Below, one piece after another: positions 16,920-25,932 of a stretch of 64,000 nucleotides of DNA (position 1 is the stretch's first letter; each line of letters starts with the position of its first letter). The DNA is from an uncultured Smithella sp. Its GTDB lineage: Bacteria > Desulfobacterota > Syntrophia > Syntrophales > Smithellaceae. The notes beneath the pieces are model-generated. The model did not search any database. It saw nothing but the letters and a program-made list of their open reading frames with translations, and was not told where the DNA came from. Made by a program: the position numbers and the translations under genes. The stretch lies in contig CAZSQS010000007.1 of NCBI GenBank assembly GCA_964608995.1, positions 7,843-71,842 on the forward strand, given 5' to 3'.

Positions 16920-18554
16920 ATGAGAAAAAGCTTTTTGATCTTTCCTGTTTTGTTTCTGGCATTGCTGGCAATAGCCACAACAAGCCATGCCCAGTGGTGG
17001 TGGATTTCGAGCTCATCTTCCTCTTCCAGCTCATCCTCCAGCTCTTCATCCTCAGGCTCCTCGTGGTGGTTTATCAGTTCATCATCTTCTTCATCCAGTT
17101 CGTCGTCCAGTAGTTCGTCGTCATCTTCTTCTTCTTCCTCCTCGTCGTCTTCATCGTCGAGTTCTTCGTCAGGTACGACGTTTAAAAACCCGCTTAACGG
17201 TTCCGGCCCTGACCCGTGGATGACTTACTATAACGGAAATTACTACATGGCGGCAACCACGTGGGGCGGCGCGAACACGGGTCTGACCATGCGCAAGGCG
17301 CCAATCATCGCGGCGTTGAAAACCGCGCCCCAGACGCGTATCTGGCAGGATTCGACCTCATCGCGTTGCTGCAATATGTGGGCGCCGGAGTTCTTCCTGC
17401 TTAACGGCCCCAACGGCTGGCGCTGGTATGGCTATTACACGGCGGGCCCGACGACCTGTTGCGACGGCCAGCGGCTCCATGTCATTGAAAGTGCGGGAAC
17501 CGACCCGATGGGACCCTATACCTATAGGGGTCAACTTTCCGATACCACCGGCGGATGGATGATTGACGGCAGCATCCTCCAGTTAAACGGCAAACTCTAC
17601 CTGCTGTTTTCCGCATGGAGCGGCAGTAATCAAAATGTTTACATCGTCGGCATGACCAATCCATGGAGTCTTACCGGCAACCGGGTGCTGCTCTCGACGC
17701 CAACCTACAGTTGGGAGAAACAGGGAGGCAACGTCAACGAGGGCCCCGTGGCGATCCAGAGAAATGGCAAGACGTCTGTAGTCTATTCCGCAAGCGCCTG
17801 CGCCAATCAAAATTACGCAATGGGCCAGATGACCCTGACGGGAACCAACCCGCTGGTGGCCTCTGCCTGGAGCAAGAAATCGACCGCCGTCTTCACAAGG
17901 GCCAACGGGGTTTACGGCCCCGGGCACAACACCTTCTTTACCTCCCCGGATGGATCGGAAACCTGGATGGTCTATCACGGCAATGCCTCTTCGACCGGCG
18001 GATGTGATATGTACCGCCAGCCGCATATCAAAAAGATCGCTTTTAACAGCGATAACACCCCCAGTTTGGGAAGCCCGATCAATCCGGCCAACTCCGTCAC
18101 CGTCCCCTCCGGGGATAAAGGCGCGGGCGCGCGGCCCGTCTATCGCATCGCCAACCGCAATAGCGCCAAGGTGTTGGAAGTCGCCAACTGTAACGCAGCG
18201 GATGGCACCAACATCCAGCAATACGCGTCACTGGGCAATACCTGCCAGCAGTGGACCACGCAGGATACCGACAGCGGGTATGTCATGATTGTGAATGTCG
18301 CTACCGGCAAACTTCTGGAAGCAGCGGGATGCGGCACATCGGATGGAACAAACATCCAGCAGTGGAGCTGGCTGAAAAACACCTGCCAGCAGTGGAAGCT
18401 GGTGACCACTACCAGCCCGTACGTGAAAATCATCAACCGCGCAAGCGGCAAGGTGCTGGATGTCTCCAACTGCTCCACCGCCAATGGCGGCAATGTCCAG
18501 CAATGGAGCGATCTGGGAAATTCCTGCCAGGAATGGCAGATCACATCACCGTAA
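16920..18554 (+). CDS. Secreted GH43-family glycoside hydrolase with C-terminal ricin-type (CBM13-like) beta-trefoil and N-terminal WWW-polyserine tail
   Basis: GGAGGGGAAA RBS. Signal peptide MRKSFLIFPVLFLALLAIATTSHA precedes QWWWI-S16-GSS-WWFI-S32. GH43-like motifs are GPDPWMTYYNGNYYM, WAPEF, GPGHNTFF and WMVYH. The C-terminal region has three QxW repeats (CQQWTT, CQQWKL, CQEWQI) with IQQY/IQQW/VQQW. Confidence 0.8.
   Translation: MRKSFLIFPVLFLALLAIATTSHAQWWWISSSSSSSSSSSSSSSSGSSWWFISSSSSSSSSSSSSSSSSSSSSSSSSSSSSSSSGTTFKNPLNGSGPDPWMTYYNGNYYMAATTWGGANTGLTMRKAPIIAALKTAPQTRIWQDSTSSRCCNMWAPEFFLLNGPNGWRWYGYYTAGPTTCCDGQRLHVIESAGTDPMGPYTYRGQLSDTTGGWMIDGSILQLNGKLYLLFSAWSGSNQNVYIVGMTNPWSLTGNRVLLSTPTYSWEKQGGNVNEGPVAIQRNGKTSVVYSASACANQNYAMGQMTLTGTNPLVASAWSKKSTAVFTRANGVYGPGHNTFFTSPDGSETWMVYHGNASSTGGCDMYRQPHIKKIAFNSDNTPSLGSPINPANSVTVPSGDKGAGARPVYRIANRNSAKVLEVANCNAADGTNIQQYASLGNTCQQWTTQDTDSGYVMIVNVATGKLLEAAGCGTSDGTNIQQWSWLKNTCQQWKLVTTTSPYVKIINRASGKVLDVSNCSTANGGNVQQWSDLGNSCQEWQITSP
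16992..17174 (+). repeat. WWW-polyserine tail module (second triplet is WWF)
   Basis: QWWWI, 16 Ser codons, GGC TCC TCG TGG TGG TTT ATC, 32 Ser codons, then GGT. Confidence 0.95.
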
Positions 18555-18597
18555 GAGAAAAAAGAAGCTATTAAATTCATGAAGGAAGGAGTTCACT

Positions 18598-19821
18598 ATG
18601 AAAGACAGGTTTTTTAAAAGAGGAATCTCCGTTCAGATGGCGCTGACCGGACTCGTTTTTGCGCTGGTTTTGTTTGCGGCAGGCGCTAATCAGGCTTTTG
18701 CGCTATCCGGCGATTACCGCACGCACGACCCCAGTATGATCCGGGCGACCAACGGCTGCTATTACGCCTTTTCCACCGGCGACAACGCCTACAATCGGGG
18801 AAACATCCAGATTCGCAGATCCTGCGATCTGGTCAGCGGCTGGAAGCTGCTTGGCACGGTCTTTACCACCGTCCCCTCCTGGATCAGCTCCGCAATCGGC
18901 TCGACGCCGGGAAATCTCTGGGCGCCGGATATCAATTACTTTAACAACAAATACTATCTGTACTATTCCGCCTCCACGTTCGGCTCGAACCGCTCGGCCA
19001 TCGGTCTGGCCACGGCTACAAACATCGAAGGCCCCTGGACGGATTCGGGTCAGGTGATTCGCTCCTCAACATCCAACAACTACAACTGTATCGATCCGGA
19101 AATCGCCTGGACCATCACCAACAATCAGCGCGCCGAGATGTGGCTGTTGTTCGGCTCCTTCTGGGACGGTATCAAAATGCGTCAGCTCAACAATTCGACC
19201 GGCAAACTCTCTACGACCAAAACCACGCTGTATTCACTGGCCTCCCGTGGCGGCGGCGCAATTGAGGCCGCCTCCGTCGCGTGGCGCAACGGGTATTACT
19301 ATCTGTTCGTTTCATTCGACAAATGCTGCAGCGGCACGAGCAGCACCTACCGCATCATGGTGGGCCGCTCCAAAAATATCACCGGGCCGTATGTCGATAA
19401 AAGCGGCGTGGATATGCGAAACGGCGGCGGCACGCAGGTTCTGACTAAATCCAGCAACATGGTCGGCCCCGGCGGCCAGGATGTCTTTCTTGACGGGTCA
19501 ACCTACCGCATGGTCTATCACTACTATGATTCCAACCAAAACGGCGACTTTCGGATGGCCATCCGGGATCTGAACTGGTCGGGCGACTGGCCCGCGGCAG
19601 GCTCCATGTCTTCTGCTGTCAGTTCGTCTTCGTCAAGTTCCTCCAGCTCGTCGAGTTCATCCTCCAGTTCTTCGTCCAGCTCGTCGTCCTCGAGTTCGTC
19701 TTCCTCGTCTTCAAGCTCATCGTCTTCGAGTTCGTCAGGATCAAGCTGGTGGTGGTCCACAAGTTCGTCTTCAAGCTCATCGTCTTCGAGTTCGTCAGGA
19801 TCAAGCTGGTGGTGGTTTTAA
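18598..19821 (+). CDS. Secreted GH43 arabinanase-like glycoside hydrolase with C-terminal WWW-polyserine tail
   Basis: GAAGGAAGGAG RBS only 43 nt after the previous gene. It has its own, different signal peptide (…LVLFAAGANQAFA). GH43 arabinanase-like motifs are YRTHDPSMI, LWAPDINYFNNKYYLYYSAS, DPEIAW, FGSFWDGIKM and GPGGQDVF. The C terminus is S39-GSS-WWW-ST-S12-GSS-WWWF-stop. Confidence 0.8.
   Translation: MKDRFFKRGISVQMALTGLVFALVLFAAGANQAFALSGDYRTHDPSMIRATNGCYYAFSTGDNAYNRGNIQIRRSCDLVSGWKLLGTVFTTVPSWISSAIGSTPGNLWAPDINYFNNKYYLYYSASTFGSNRSAIGLATATNIEGPWTDSGQVIRSSTSNNYNCIDPEIAWTITNNQRAEMWLLFGSFWDGIKMRQLNNSTGKLSTTKTTLYSLASRGGGAIEAASVAWRNGYYYLFVSFDKCCSGTSSTYRIMVGRSKNITGPYVDKSGVDMRNGGGTQVLTKSSNMVGPGGQDVFLDGSTYRMVYHYYDSNQNGDFRMAIRDLNWSGDWPAAGSMSSAVSSSSSSSSSSSSSSSSSSSSSSSSSSSSSSSSSSSSSSSGSSWWWSTSSSSSSSSSSSSGSSWWWF
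19621..19818 (+). repeat. C-terminal WWW-polyserine tail module containing an exact 52-nt direct repeat (19705-19756 and 19765-19816)
   Basis: Codon reading gives 39 Ser, GGA TCA AGC TGG TGG TGG TCC ACA, 12 Ser, GGA TCA AGC TGG TGG TGG TTT, then TAA. The 52-mer TCGTCTTCAAGCTCATCGTCTTCGAGTTCGTCAGGATCAAGCTGGTGGTGGT occurs twice with a 60-nt period. Confidence 0.95.
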
Positions 19822-19856
19822 TTCAACTGCTCATTGAGCAAATCGCAAACACACAA

Positions 19857-19886
19857 AAAGCCGGGGATTGCCCCGGCTTTTTTTTA
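19857..19886 (+). terminator. Rho-independent terminator after the five-gene block
   Basis: AGCCGGGG ATTG CCCCGGCT hairpin followed by TTTTTTTT. Confidence 0.8.
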
Positions 19887-19916
19887 TCCAAGATATCATT
19901 ATCGTATCTGGACCAC

Positions 19917-19994
19917 TCATTCCCGCGAAAGCGGGAATCCAGAACTCTTTAATAAGCCTGGATTCCGGGTCGCGCTTCGCTTGCCAGCAATGAC
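19917..19994. repeat. REP-like intergenic palindromic element (ATTCCCGC-N4-GCGGGAAT core)
   Basis: Perfect 8-bp stem with GAAA loop at 19919-19938. A second stem GGAATCCAG (19934-19942) / CTGGATTCC (19958-19966), then GGGTCGCGCTTCGCTTGCCAGCAATGAC. The core recurs at 59618-59637. Its translations give the SFPRKRESR / RLRGND-type pseudo-peptides. Confidence 0.7.
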
Positions 19995-20033
19995 AAGAAT
20001 TGGAACTACGACGCCGTCTCACTCAACAAGGGA

Positions 20034-20894
20034 TCACCGCAATTTTTCATACACCATCATGACGGTGTTGACATAAACCTCGCTGCGATTGTAATACCAG
20101 ATGGCTTTTCGCTTTTGCTCATCGGAAGCGCTTTCCCGCCAGCCGAATTTCTTCAGATAGTAGCCCATGCTGAACTTTGCATCCGTCAGGTTAAACGGAT
20201 CGGCGAGGCCGTCTTCGTCTCCATCAACACCGAAAAGCCAGAAAGACGATGGAATAAACTGAGCCGGCCCCATGGCGCCGGCAAACGACCCGGCAATGCT
20301 CAAAGGATCAATATTGAGGTGGTCAGCAATGTAAATCAGATGCGCCAGTTCGCCAAGCGCCCAGTTGGCCCGTTTGCGAATACGCTTGTAGGTTTTCTCT
20401 TCTTTGAGCTGGGGATACTCATCCACATAGCGATTGCGGAATTTCAGCAAGTAATCCGGATCCAGTAAAAAGGCCAGATTGGCATAAGCCGTGGCCACAT
20501 TGTAAGGCATGGGATACGTGCCCAGCCGTGATTCGATGAGCAAAATGGCGGTGATGATCCGAGGCGACGTGCCGTAACGCGCTTCAACGGCCGCAAGCGT
20601 CCCCGCGTGCTCAAGCATAAACGCCGCGGAGCGCTGAATCTGCGCGGGAGGAATTCGCATCACATCCGGGCGTTCGGCTGATCCTTTCGGGCTGGAATAA
20701 AAAAGGTTTTTAATGACAATATCCGGCCGGACCTCAACGCAATCTTCACACAGGATACTTTGCGCCTTCGCAGGGTCAATCCCCCGGCCAACGAGCAAAG
20801 CCTCCACTGTTGCCCGCTGCGCCCAGGCTGCACCTGAAAAGAAAACGAATGCCGGCACAACCACGGCCAATCCATACCAGAGACTTCTTCTCAT
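20034..20894 (-). CDS. Lytic murein transglycosylase (MltB/SLT_2-like)
   Basis: Signal peptide. ILLIESRLG (catalytic Glu context) and GSFAGAMGPAQFIPSSFWLFGVDGDEDG. Confidence 0.8.
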   Translation of the reverse strand: MRRSLWYGLAVVVPAFVFFSGAAWAQRATVEALLVGRGIDPAKAQSILCEDCVEVRPDIVIKNLFYSSPKGSAERPDVMRIPPAQIQRSAAFMLEHAGTLAAVEARYGTSPRIITAILLIESRLGTYPMPYNVATAYANLAFLLDPDYLLKFRNRYVDEYPQLKEEKTYKRIRKRANWALGELAHLIYIADHLNIDPLSIAGSFAGAMGPAQFIPSSFWLFGVDGDEDGLADPFNLTDAKFSMGYYLKKFGWRESASDEQKRKAIWYYNRSEVYVNTVMMVYEKLR

Positions 20895-20983
20895 TCATCC
20901 ACCTTCGGGTTTTTGTCTTTGGCGTCATGATATTGGCCGGTATTCGTTTTTGCAAGCAAAATCGGGCCCGAACGAGAGCGCGT

Positions 20984-22423
20984 CTATCCGGTATACCCCA
21001 CAGCATCCGCCAGTTCTTTGACCACGGCCTTGACGGACATGGCCTGCGCTGTGGTTTCTTCTGAAACGGAAGACGCCTCCTGGGCGCCTGCGGCGTTGGT
21101 TTGCGCCGAGCGGCTGATTTCCTCAATCAGCGCATTAATCCGATTGACCGTGTCGAGCTGCCCGGAGGCCTTTTTGGCGGCCTCCTCGGTATAGGTATAG
21201 ATATTCATGGAACTGGTGCCATATTCAACAAATTTTTTCACGCTCAGCCCGATATAATCGTTTCCGTTACTGGAAATTCTTGTGGTCTTGTCGATCAGGG
21301 TCAGCGAGTTTTTAGCCGCTTCCGTCGAACGCGCCCCTAAACCGCGAATATCATCGGACACCACCGCAAAACCGCTGCCCGCATCCCCGGCGCGCGCCGC
21401 CTCCACCGAGGCATTGAGGGCCAGCAGATTGGTTTGAAACGCAATTTTCTCGATCGTCTGAACAATGCCGGAGGTCTCCTCACTGGTTTGCTTGATTCCC
21501 TTCATTGCCTTTTTGGCTTCTTTCATCGTCCCGAAGGCATCCATCCCTATACCGTTAATGCTCATTAATCGGTCCTTTAAGGTTCCAATGATGTCCATAT
21601 AGCTTTTGTTGAGGGTTTTGAGTTCCTCGGTGGCGGAATAGGTTTCTTCCACAGCTGAGGCCTGAACGGACGTCCCTTCCGCCAGATGTGAACTCGAATT
21701 GGCAATCTGTCCGGCTGCCTCGGCAAATTGCTCGGCCGTTTCCGTCAGATTCGCAATCACCCGGTAAATCGGACCGGTAATGGAGCGCGCAAAATAGACG
21801 CCCAGCGCCAGCGCCAGAAGAATCCCGAAAATCGTTCCCGCCACGGCCGTGATTTTCAGCCACGAGGCTCTGGCCAGCGCAGCGGCCCCTGTCGCTTCCG
21901 CCATTTCTTCATTCATGTCCGACAGGCGCCTCATAAGGGTCTGACCCTCCTCCAGCGCTGCGGATAACTTTGTATTCATCACCGTGAGGGCCTCATCGCG
22001 CCGATCGTTTTTCAGAAGGTCCAGAAACTCCGCATCCACCTTCCGCCATGACTCCCAGGCGGTTTTAAGATTTTTCCAGATCGCATCGATGTTGTCCTTG
22101 CGCGGCAGGGCGTCATAGGCCTTGAAGGCCGCATCGGCGCGCTCCCAAGCCTGAGAAGCGCTTCTTTGCAGGCGCTCTCTTTCAAGCGGATTGGCATAAG
22201 TCTCCGGCGCCAGAAGCGTCTGCTCGATGGCCAGAATACTTTGTTGCTGATCACTCATGACCGAAAGGTGATACGTTTCCGGCAGCTGAACGTGAACAAA
22301 CGCTTTCAAATGTCCCGCAATGCTGGAGATCCCGAAAATCCCCACCAGGCCGCCCACCAGCAGTACACCCGCCATGATCAAAAATCCGCCAATTAATCTT
22401 GTACTCAATTTCTGATTTTTCAT
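20984..22423 (-). CDS. Methyl-accepting chemotaxis protein
   Basis: Two TM helices flank a helical sensor region. The highly conserved signalling hairpin is [31 protein letters not shown]. The ATG overlaps the upstream MCP stop (ATGA). Confidence 0.9.
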   Translation of the reverse strand: MKNQKLSTRLIGGFLIMAGVLLVGGLVGIFGISSIAGHLKAFVHVQLPETYHLSVMSDQQQSILAIEQTLLAPETYANPLERERLQRSASQAWERADAAFKAYDALPRKDNIDAIWKNLKTAWESWRKVDAEFLDLLKNDRRDEALTVMNTKLSAALEEGQTLMRRLSDMNEEMAEATGAAALARASWLKITAVAGTIFGILLALALGVYFARSITGPIYRVIANLTETAEQFAEAAGQIANSSSHLAEGTSVQASAVEETYSATEELKTLNKSYMDIIGTLKDRLMSINGIGMDAFGTMKEAKKAMKGIKQTSEETSGIVQTIEKIAFQTNLLALNASVEAARAGDAGSGFAVVSDDIRGLGARSTEAAKNSLTLIDKTTRISSNGNDYIGLSVKKFVEYGTSSMNIYTYTEEAAKKASGQLDTVNRINALIEEISRSAQTNAAGAQEASSVSEETTAQAMSVKAVVKELADAVGYTG

Positions 22424-23976
22424 GATCGGCCCTCCCCTGTTCGCGCATCATCCGATAACATAAGTTCCTCGCTGACCCCCGGTGGCGGAAGCTTGAGAGT
22501 CCCTGAATTGGAGGAAGGCCGGGACGCAAAATCCTTTTCCGAAATTTCACCAATCACGTCGGATAACGCCCGAATATACTGTTTCATCGATTCGCACTGC
22601 GCGCTCATTTGCTGGGCGGCCGCCGCCGCTTCTTCGGCGCTGGCGGCGTTACCCTGGACCACCGAATGAATTTCTTCGATGGACTGCTTCACCAGACTGA
22701 ATTTCGGCAACTGCTGCTGACACAGATCCGCCGCGCGCTCCAGAAGCGAGACGAACTCCTTGGCCACAACATTGTAGTTTTCAAATTTATCCGATGTTGT
22801 GGCAACCAGCTCCGCGCCTTTATAGATTGATTCAACCGTCCCGCTGATGAGCTGAGTTGTTTTTTTGGCCGCTTCGGCAGAGCGGATGGCCAGATTGCGC
22901 ACCTCATCGGCCACCACGGCAAATCCTGCCCCCACTTCGCCCGCGCGCGCCGCTTCCACCGAGGCATTGAGCGCCAGTAGATTGGTCTGGAAGGCTATTT
23001 TTTCAATGTTTTTCAGAATACCCGAAGTTTCTTCGCTGGAGGACTTGATGTCATTCATGGTTGAAGCTGTCAGTTTGACATTCTCATGGGTTTGTTCGCG
23101 AAGCTTGTCTGCGTCATAGGTCGTTTTTTTGAGCGCTTGAACCTGATTGTTGTGGGCATGACCCTCGCTTGAAAGCGCATTGATGGCTTCAAAGGCTTCT
23201 TCCACCGAAGAGGCCTGAATAGCGGTTCCTTCAGCCAGGTGATTACTCGACTGTGCAATTTGTCCGGCCGCCTCGCCAAACTGCTCGGAGGCCTCCGTCA
23301 ATCGAGCAATCACCCGACTGATGGATCGCGTAATGGAACGTGAAAAATAAAGCCCGAAGAGCACCGCTATAATAATCCCCAAAACCATGCCGGCCAGAGC
23401 CGTGATCGTCAGCCACCACGACTGACTCACCCCGGCTGCCCCGGCTTGAGCAGCCAGATCCGCATTCATATCCGAAAGTTTCTGAAGGAGGCCCCGGCTG
23501 GACTCAAAGGCTTGTTCCACCTGCCCATTCATTAAAAGGAGCCCGGCGTCGCGATCGCCCGCCGTCATCTTGCCAATGTAGTCTTCGCTCGCCTTTCGCC
23601 ATCCCTGCCAGGCTGGTTTGAGCTCTTTTAATACGGCCTTTTCTTGCGCCGTGCGGGGCAACTGTTCATATTTTTTCCAAAACACATCGGCGCGTTCGAA
23701 TGCCTGATTCAATCCCTTGTAAATATTATCCTTTTCACTGTGGCTGTCAAATACCTCCGGCACGAGAAGCGAGCGGCTCAGCCGATGAATCTTCATCTGC
23801 GCTTCAGAGATCACGCCAATATCATAGGTGGCCCCATGGTAAACGCTTGAGATATTACTCAGTTTTTCCGTAACTTGCCCAATACCCACCACCCCCACGA
23901 GACCGCCTGCCAGAAGCATCAGCCCCATGAGCCCGAATGCGCTAATCAGCTTCACACTTAATTTCCTGTTTGTCAT
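22420..23976 (-). CDS. Methyl-accepting chemotaxis protein (tandem paralogue)
   Basis: Same architecture and the hairpin [42 protein letters not shown] 23976 has AAAGGA 8 nt upstream. The track start at 24000 is a TTG. Confidence 0.9.
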   Translation of the reverse strand: MTNRKLSVKLISAFGLMGLMLLAGGLVGVVGIGQVTEKLSNISSVYHGATYDIGVISEAQMKIHRLSRSLLVPEVFDSHSEKDNIYKGLNQAFERADVFWKKYEQLPRTAQEKAVLKELKPAWQGWRKASEDYIGKMTAGDRDAGLLLMNGQVEQAFESSRGLLQKLSDMNADLAAQAGAAGVSQSWWLTITALAGMVLGIIIAVLFGLYFSRSITRSISRVIARLTEASEQFGEAAGQIAQSSNHLAEGTAIQASSVEEAFEAINALSSEGHAHNNQVQALKKTTYDADKLREQTHENVKLTASTMNDIKSSSEETSGILKNIEKIAFQTNLLALNASVEAARAGEVGAGFAVVADEVRNLAIRSAEAAKKTTQLISGTVESIYKGAELVATTSDKFENYNVVAKEFVSLLERAADLCQQQLPKFSLVKQSIEEIHSVVQGNAASAEEAAAAAQQMSAQCESMKQYIRALSDVIGEISEKDFASRPSSNSGTLKLPPPGVSEELMLSDDARTGEGRS

Positions 23977-24131
23977 TTTATGTCCTTTTATGGTTTTCAA
24001 AAAAACCGGGAATTCCAGTAGTCAGCTTCCCTATTTCATCAACTGGTAAATCGGCATAAAACGGGTTTTCTTGAATTTCCGGATGAAAAAAGGCACCACA
24101 TAAAAAATTGGCGGCCTGATCATAAATTTTA

Positions 24132-24160
24132 TTGACAAATAAGCCGATTTTATCTATAAG
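24132..24160 (+). promoter_or_regulatory. Sigma-70-type promoter candidate for rplU-rpmA
   Basis: TTGACA (24132-24137), a 17-nt spacer, then TATAAG (24155-24160). It lies 33 nt before rplU. Confidence 0.6.
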
Positions 24161-24192
24161 CATCGGTCTTAACGACAATCGAGGATAGGAAT

Positions 24193-24504
24193 ATGTACGC
24201 AATTATCAAGACAGGAGCAAAACAACACAAGGTCAGCGAGGGTGATATTTTATCCGTAGAAAAGCTCACCGGCGACAAAGGCACTGAGGTTGTTTTTGAT
24301 GAAGTTCTGATGGTATCGGAAAACGACACCGTGAAAATCGGCAAGCCATTTGTAAGTGGCGCCACGGTTACCGGCGAAATCGTCGCCCAGATCCAGGGCC
24401 CCAAACTTCTGATCGGCAAGCAGAAACGCCGCAAGGGATTTCGCAAGAAAACCGGACACCGTCAGGAATTAACCAGTATGAAAATTAAGAAGATTTCGAT
24501 ATAA
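24193..24504 (+). CDS. rplU: 50S ribosomal protein L21
   Basis: [20 protein letters not shown]... is the canonical L21 N terminus. 103 aa. Confidence 0.95.
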   Translation: MYAIIKTGAKQHKVSEGDILSVEKLTGDKGTEVVFDEVLMVSENDTVKIGKPFVSGATVTGEIVAQIQGPKLLIGKQKRRKGFRKKTGHRQELTSMKIKKISI

Positions 24505-24516
24505 GCGGAGGACATC

Positions 24517-24774
24517 ATGGCACATAAAAAAGGTCAGGGAAGCTCCCGCAACGGTAGAGACTCCAATTCACAGCGCCGCGGCGTTAAAGTATTCGGCGGT
24601 CAGAGCATCAACGCGGGCTCCATTATCGTGCGGCAGGTCGGCACCAAAATTCACCCCGGCAATAATGTAGGAATGGGCAAGGATTTTACGCTTTTCTCGC
24701 TCATCACCGGGGTGGTCAAATATGAACGCCTCGACAAGACCCGCAAAAAGGTCAGCGTCTATGTGGCGGCGTAA
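24517..24774 (+). CDS. rpmA: 50S ribosomal protein L27
   Basis: [29 protein letters not shown] is the canonical L27 sequence. Confidence 0.95.
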   Translation: MAHKKGQGSSRNGRDSNSQRRGVKVFGGQSINAGSIIVRQVGTKIHPGNNVGMGKDFTLFSLITGVVKYERLDKTRKKVSVYVAA

Positions 24775-24798
24775 AACGATTGATAAAATCTGAAATTC

Positions 24799-24828
24799 AA
24801 GGCGCTTAGATTCTAAGCGCCTTTTTTA
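24799..24828 (+). terminator. Rho-independent terminator after rpmA
   Basis: AAGGCGCTTAG ATT CTAAGCGCCTT hairpin followed by a T-run. Confidence 0.75.
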
Positions 24829-24915
24829 TTTAGGGCCCGGTTGAAAGCCATACGCGAATCGGTTCTTTAGTCCGGCGCATGCCGGATAAAACCATTCCCG
24901 ACAGGATTATTCCAT

Positions 24916-25932
24916 ATGAAATTCGTTGATGAAGTCAAAGTGTATGTTCAAGCGGGGCACGGCGGCGCAGGCGCAGTCAGCTTCCGCCGCGAGAAGTTCA
25001 TCGCCAAAGGCGGCCCCGACGGCGGCAACGGCGGAAAAGGCGGCGACGTCATTTTGCACGCGACCAACAGCCATCACACCCTTCTGGATTTAAAGTATCG
25101 CCAGCACCTCACGGCCCAAAACGGCGGGCATGGCTCCGGTAACAACCGCAGCGGCCGCGACGGCGACGATTTGAATATCAATGTCCCGGTGGGGACGGTT
25201 GTGAAAGATCACGAGACGAAGGAGATCCTCGCCGACCTGACCGAAGTCGGACAAACCTACATTGCCGGGGCGGGCGGCATCGGCGGCAAAGGCAACGCCC
25301 ACTTCAAAACCTCAACGCATCAAACCCCGCGCTTTGCGCAGGAGGGCATGGAGGGACACGCCTGCACGCTGACACTGGAGCTCAAGCTGCTGGCGGATGT
25401 GGGACTGGTGGGATTTCCCAACGCGGGCAAATCCACTTTCATCGCGCGCGTGTCGGCCGCCCGGCCGAAAATCGCCGACTATCCCTTCACAACGCTCACC
25501 CCCCATCTGGGCGTCGTTTCGCACGGGAACGCTCCCGCGTTTGTCATTGCGGACATCCCCGGCCTCATTACCGGCGCATCGGAGGGCATGGGCATGGGGA
25601 TTCAGTTTCTGCGCCACGTCGAGCGGACCTCCGTTTTGCTGCACATTGTGGACATTTCCGACGAGGCCCATCCCGACGCCTGGAAAAATTTTGCGGCGAT
25701 CAACAAGGAACTGGCGCTTTACAATTCTGAGCTTTCCGACAAACCGCAAATTGTCACCCTCAACAAGATTGATCTGCCGGTTGTGCGCGAGAGCGTTAAA
25801 AAAACCGTTGCGCAATTTTCGAAAAAAGGGATAATGCTTCATCCGTTTTCCGCCGTCACCGGTGAAGGATTGCAGGATATTTTAAACAGCATCATAACCC
25901 TTTTGAGCCAGAAGAATGCTTTAACCCCATGA
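24916..25932 (+). CDS. obg: GTPase Obg/CgtA
   Basis: MKFVDEVKVYVQAGHGGAGAVSFRREKF with a Gly-rich Obg fold. G1 motif GFPNAGKST and G3 motif DIPGLI. Confidence 0.95.
   Translation: MKFVDEVKVYVQAGHGGAGAVSFRREKFIAKGGPDGGNGGKGGDVILHATNSHHTLLDLKYRQHLTAQNGGHGSGNNRSGRDGDDLNINVPVGTVVKDHETKEILADLTEVGQTYIAGAGGIGGKGNAHFKTSTHQTPRFAQEGMEGHACTLTLELKLLADVGLVGFPNAGKSTFIARVSAARPKIADYPFTTLTPHLGVVSHGNAPAFVIADIPGLITGASEGMGMGIQFLRHVERTSVLLHIVDISDEAHPDAWKNFAAINKELALYNSELSDKPQIVTLNKIDLPVVRESVKKTVAQFSKKGIMLHPFSAVTGEGLQDILNSIITLLSQKNALTP

Noticed and set aside
13200-19818. I asked whether the repetitive Ser/Trp-coding DNA could be a CRISPR array or a simple microsatellite.
   Set aside because: There is no repeat-spacer periodicity. 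The repeats are in-frame coding sequence, and the Ser codons are scrambled among all six synonyms. The only exact DNA repeat is the 52-nt unit at 19705-19816.
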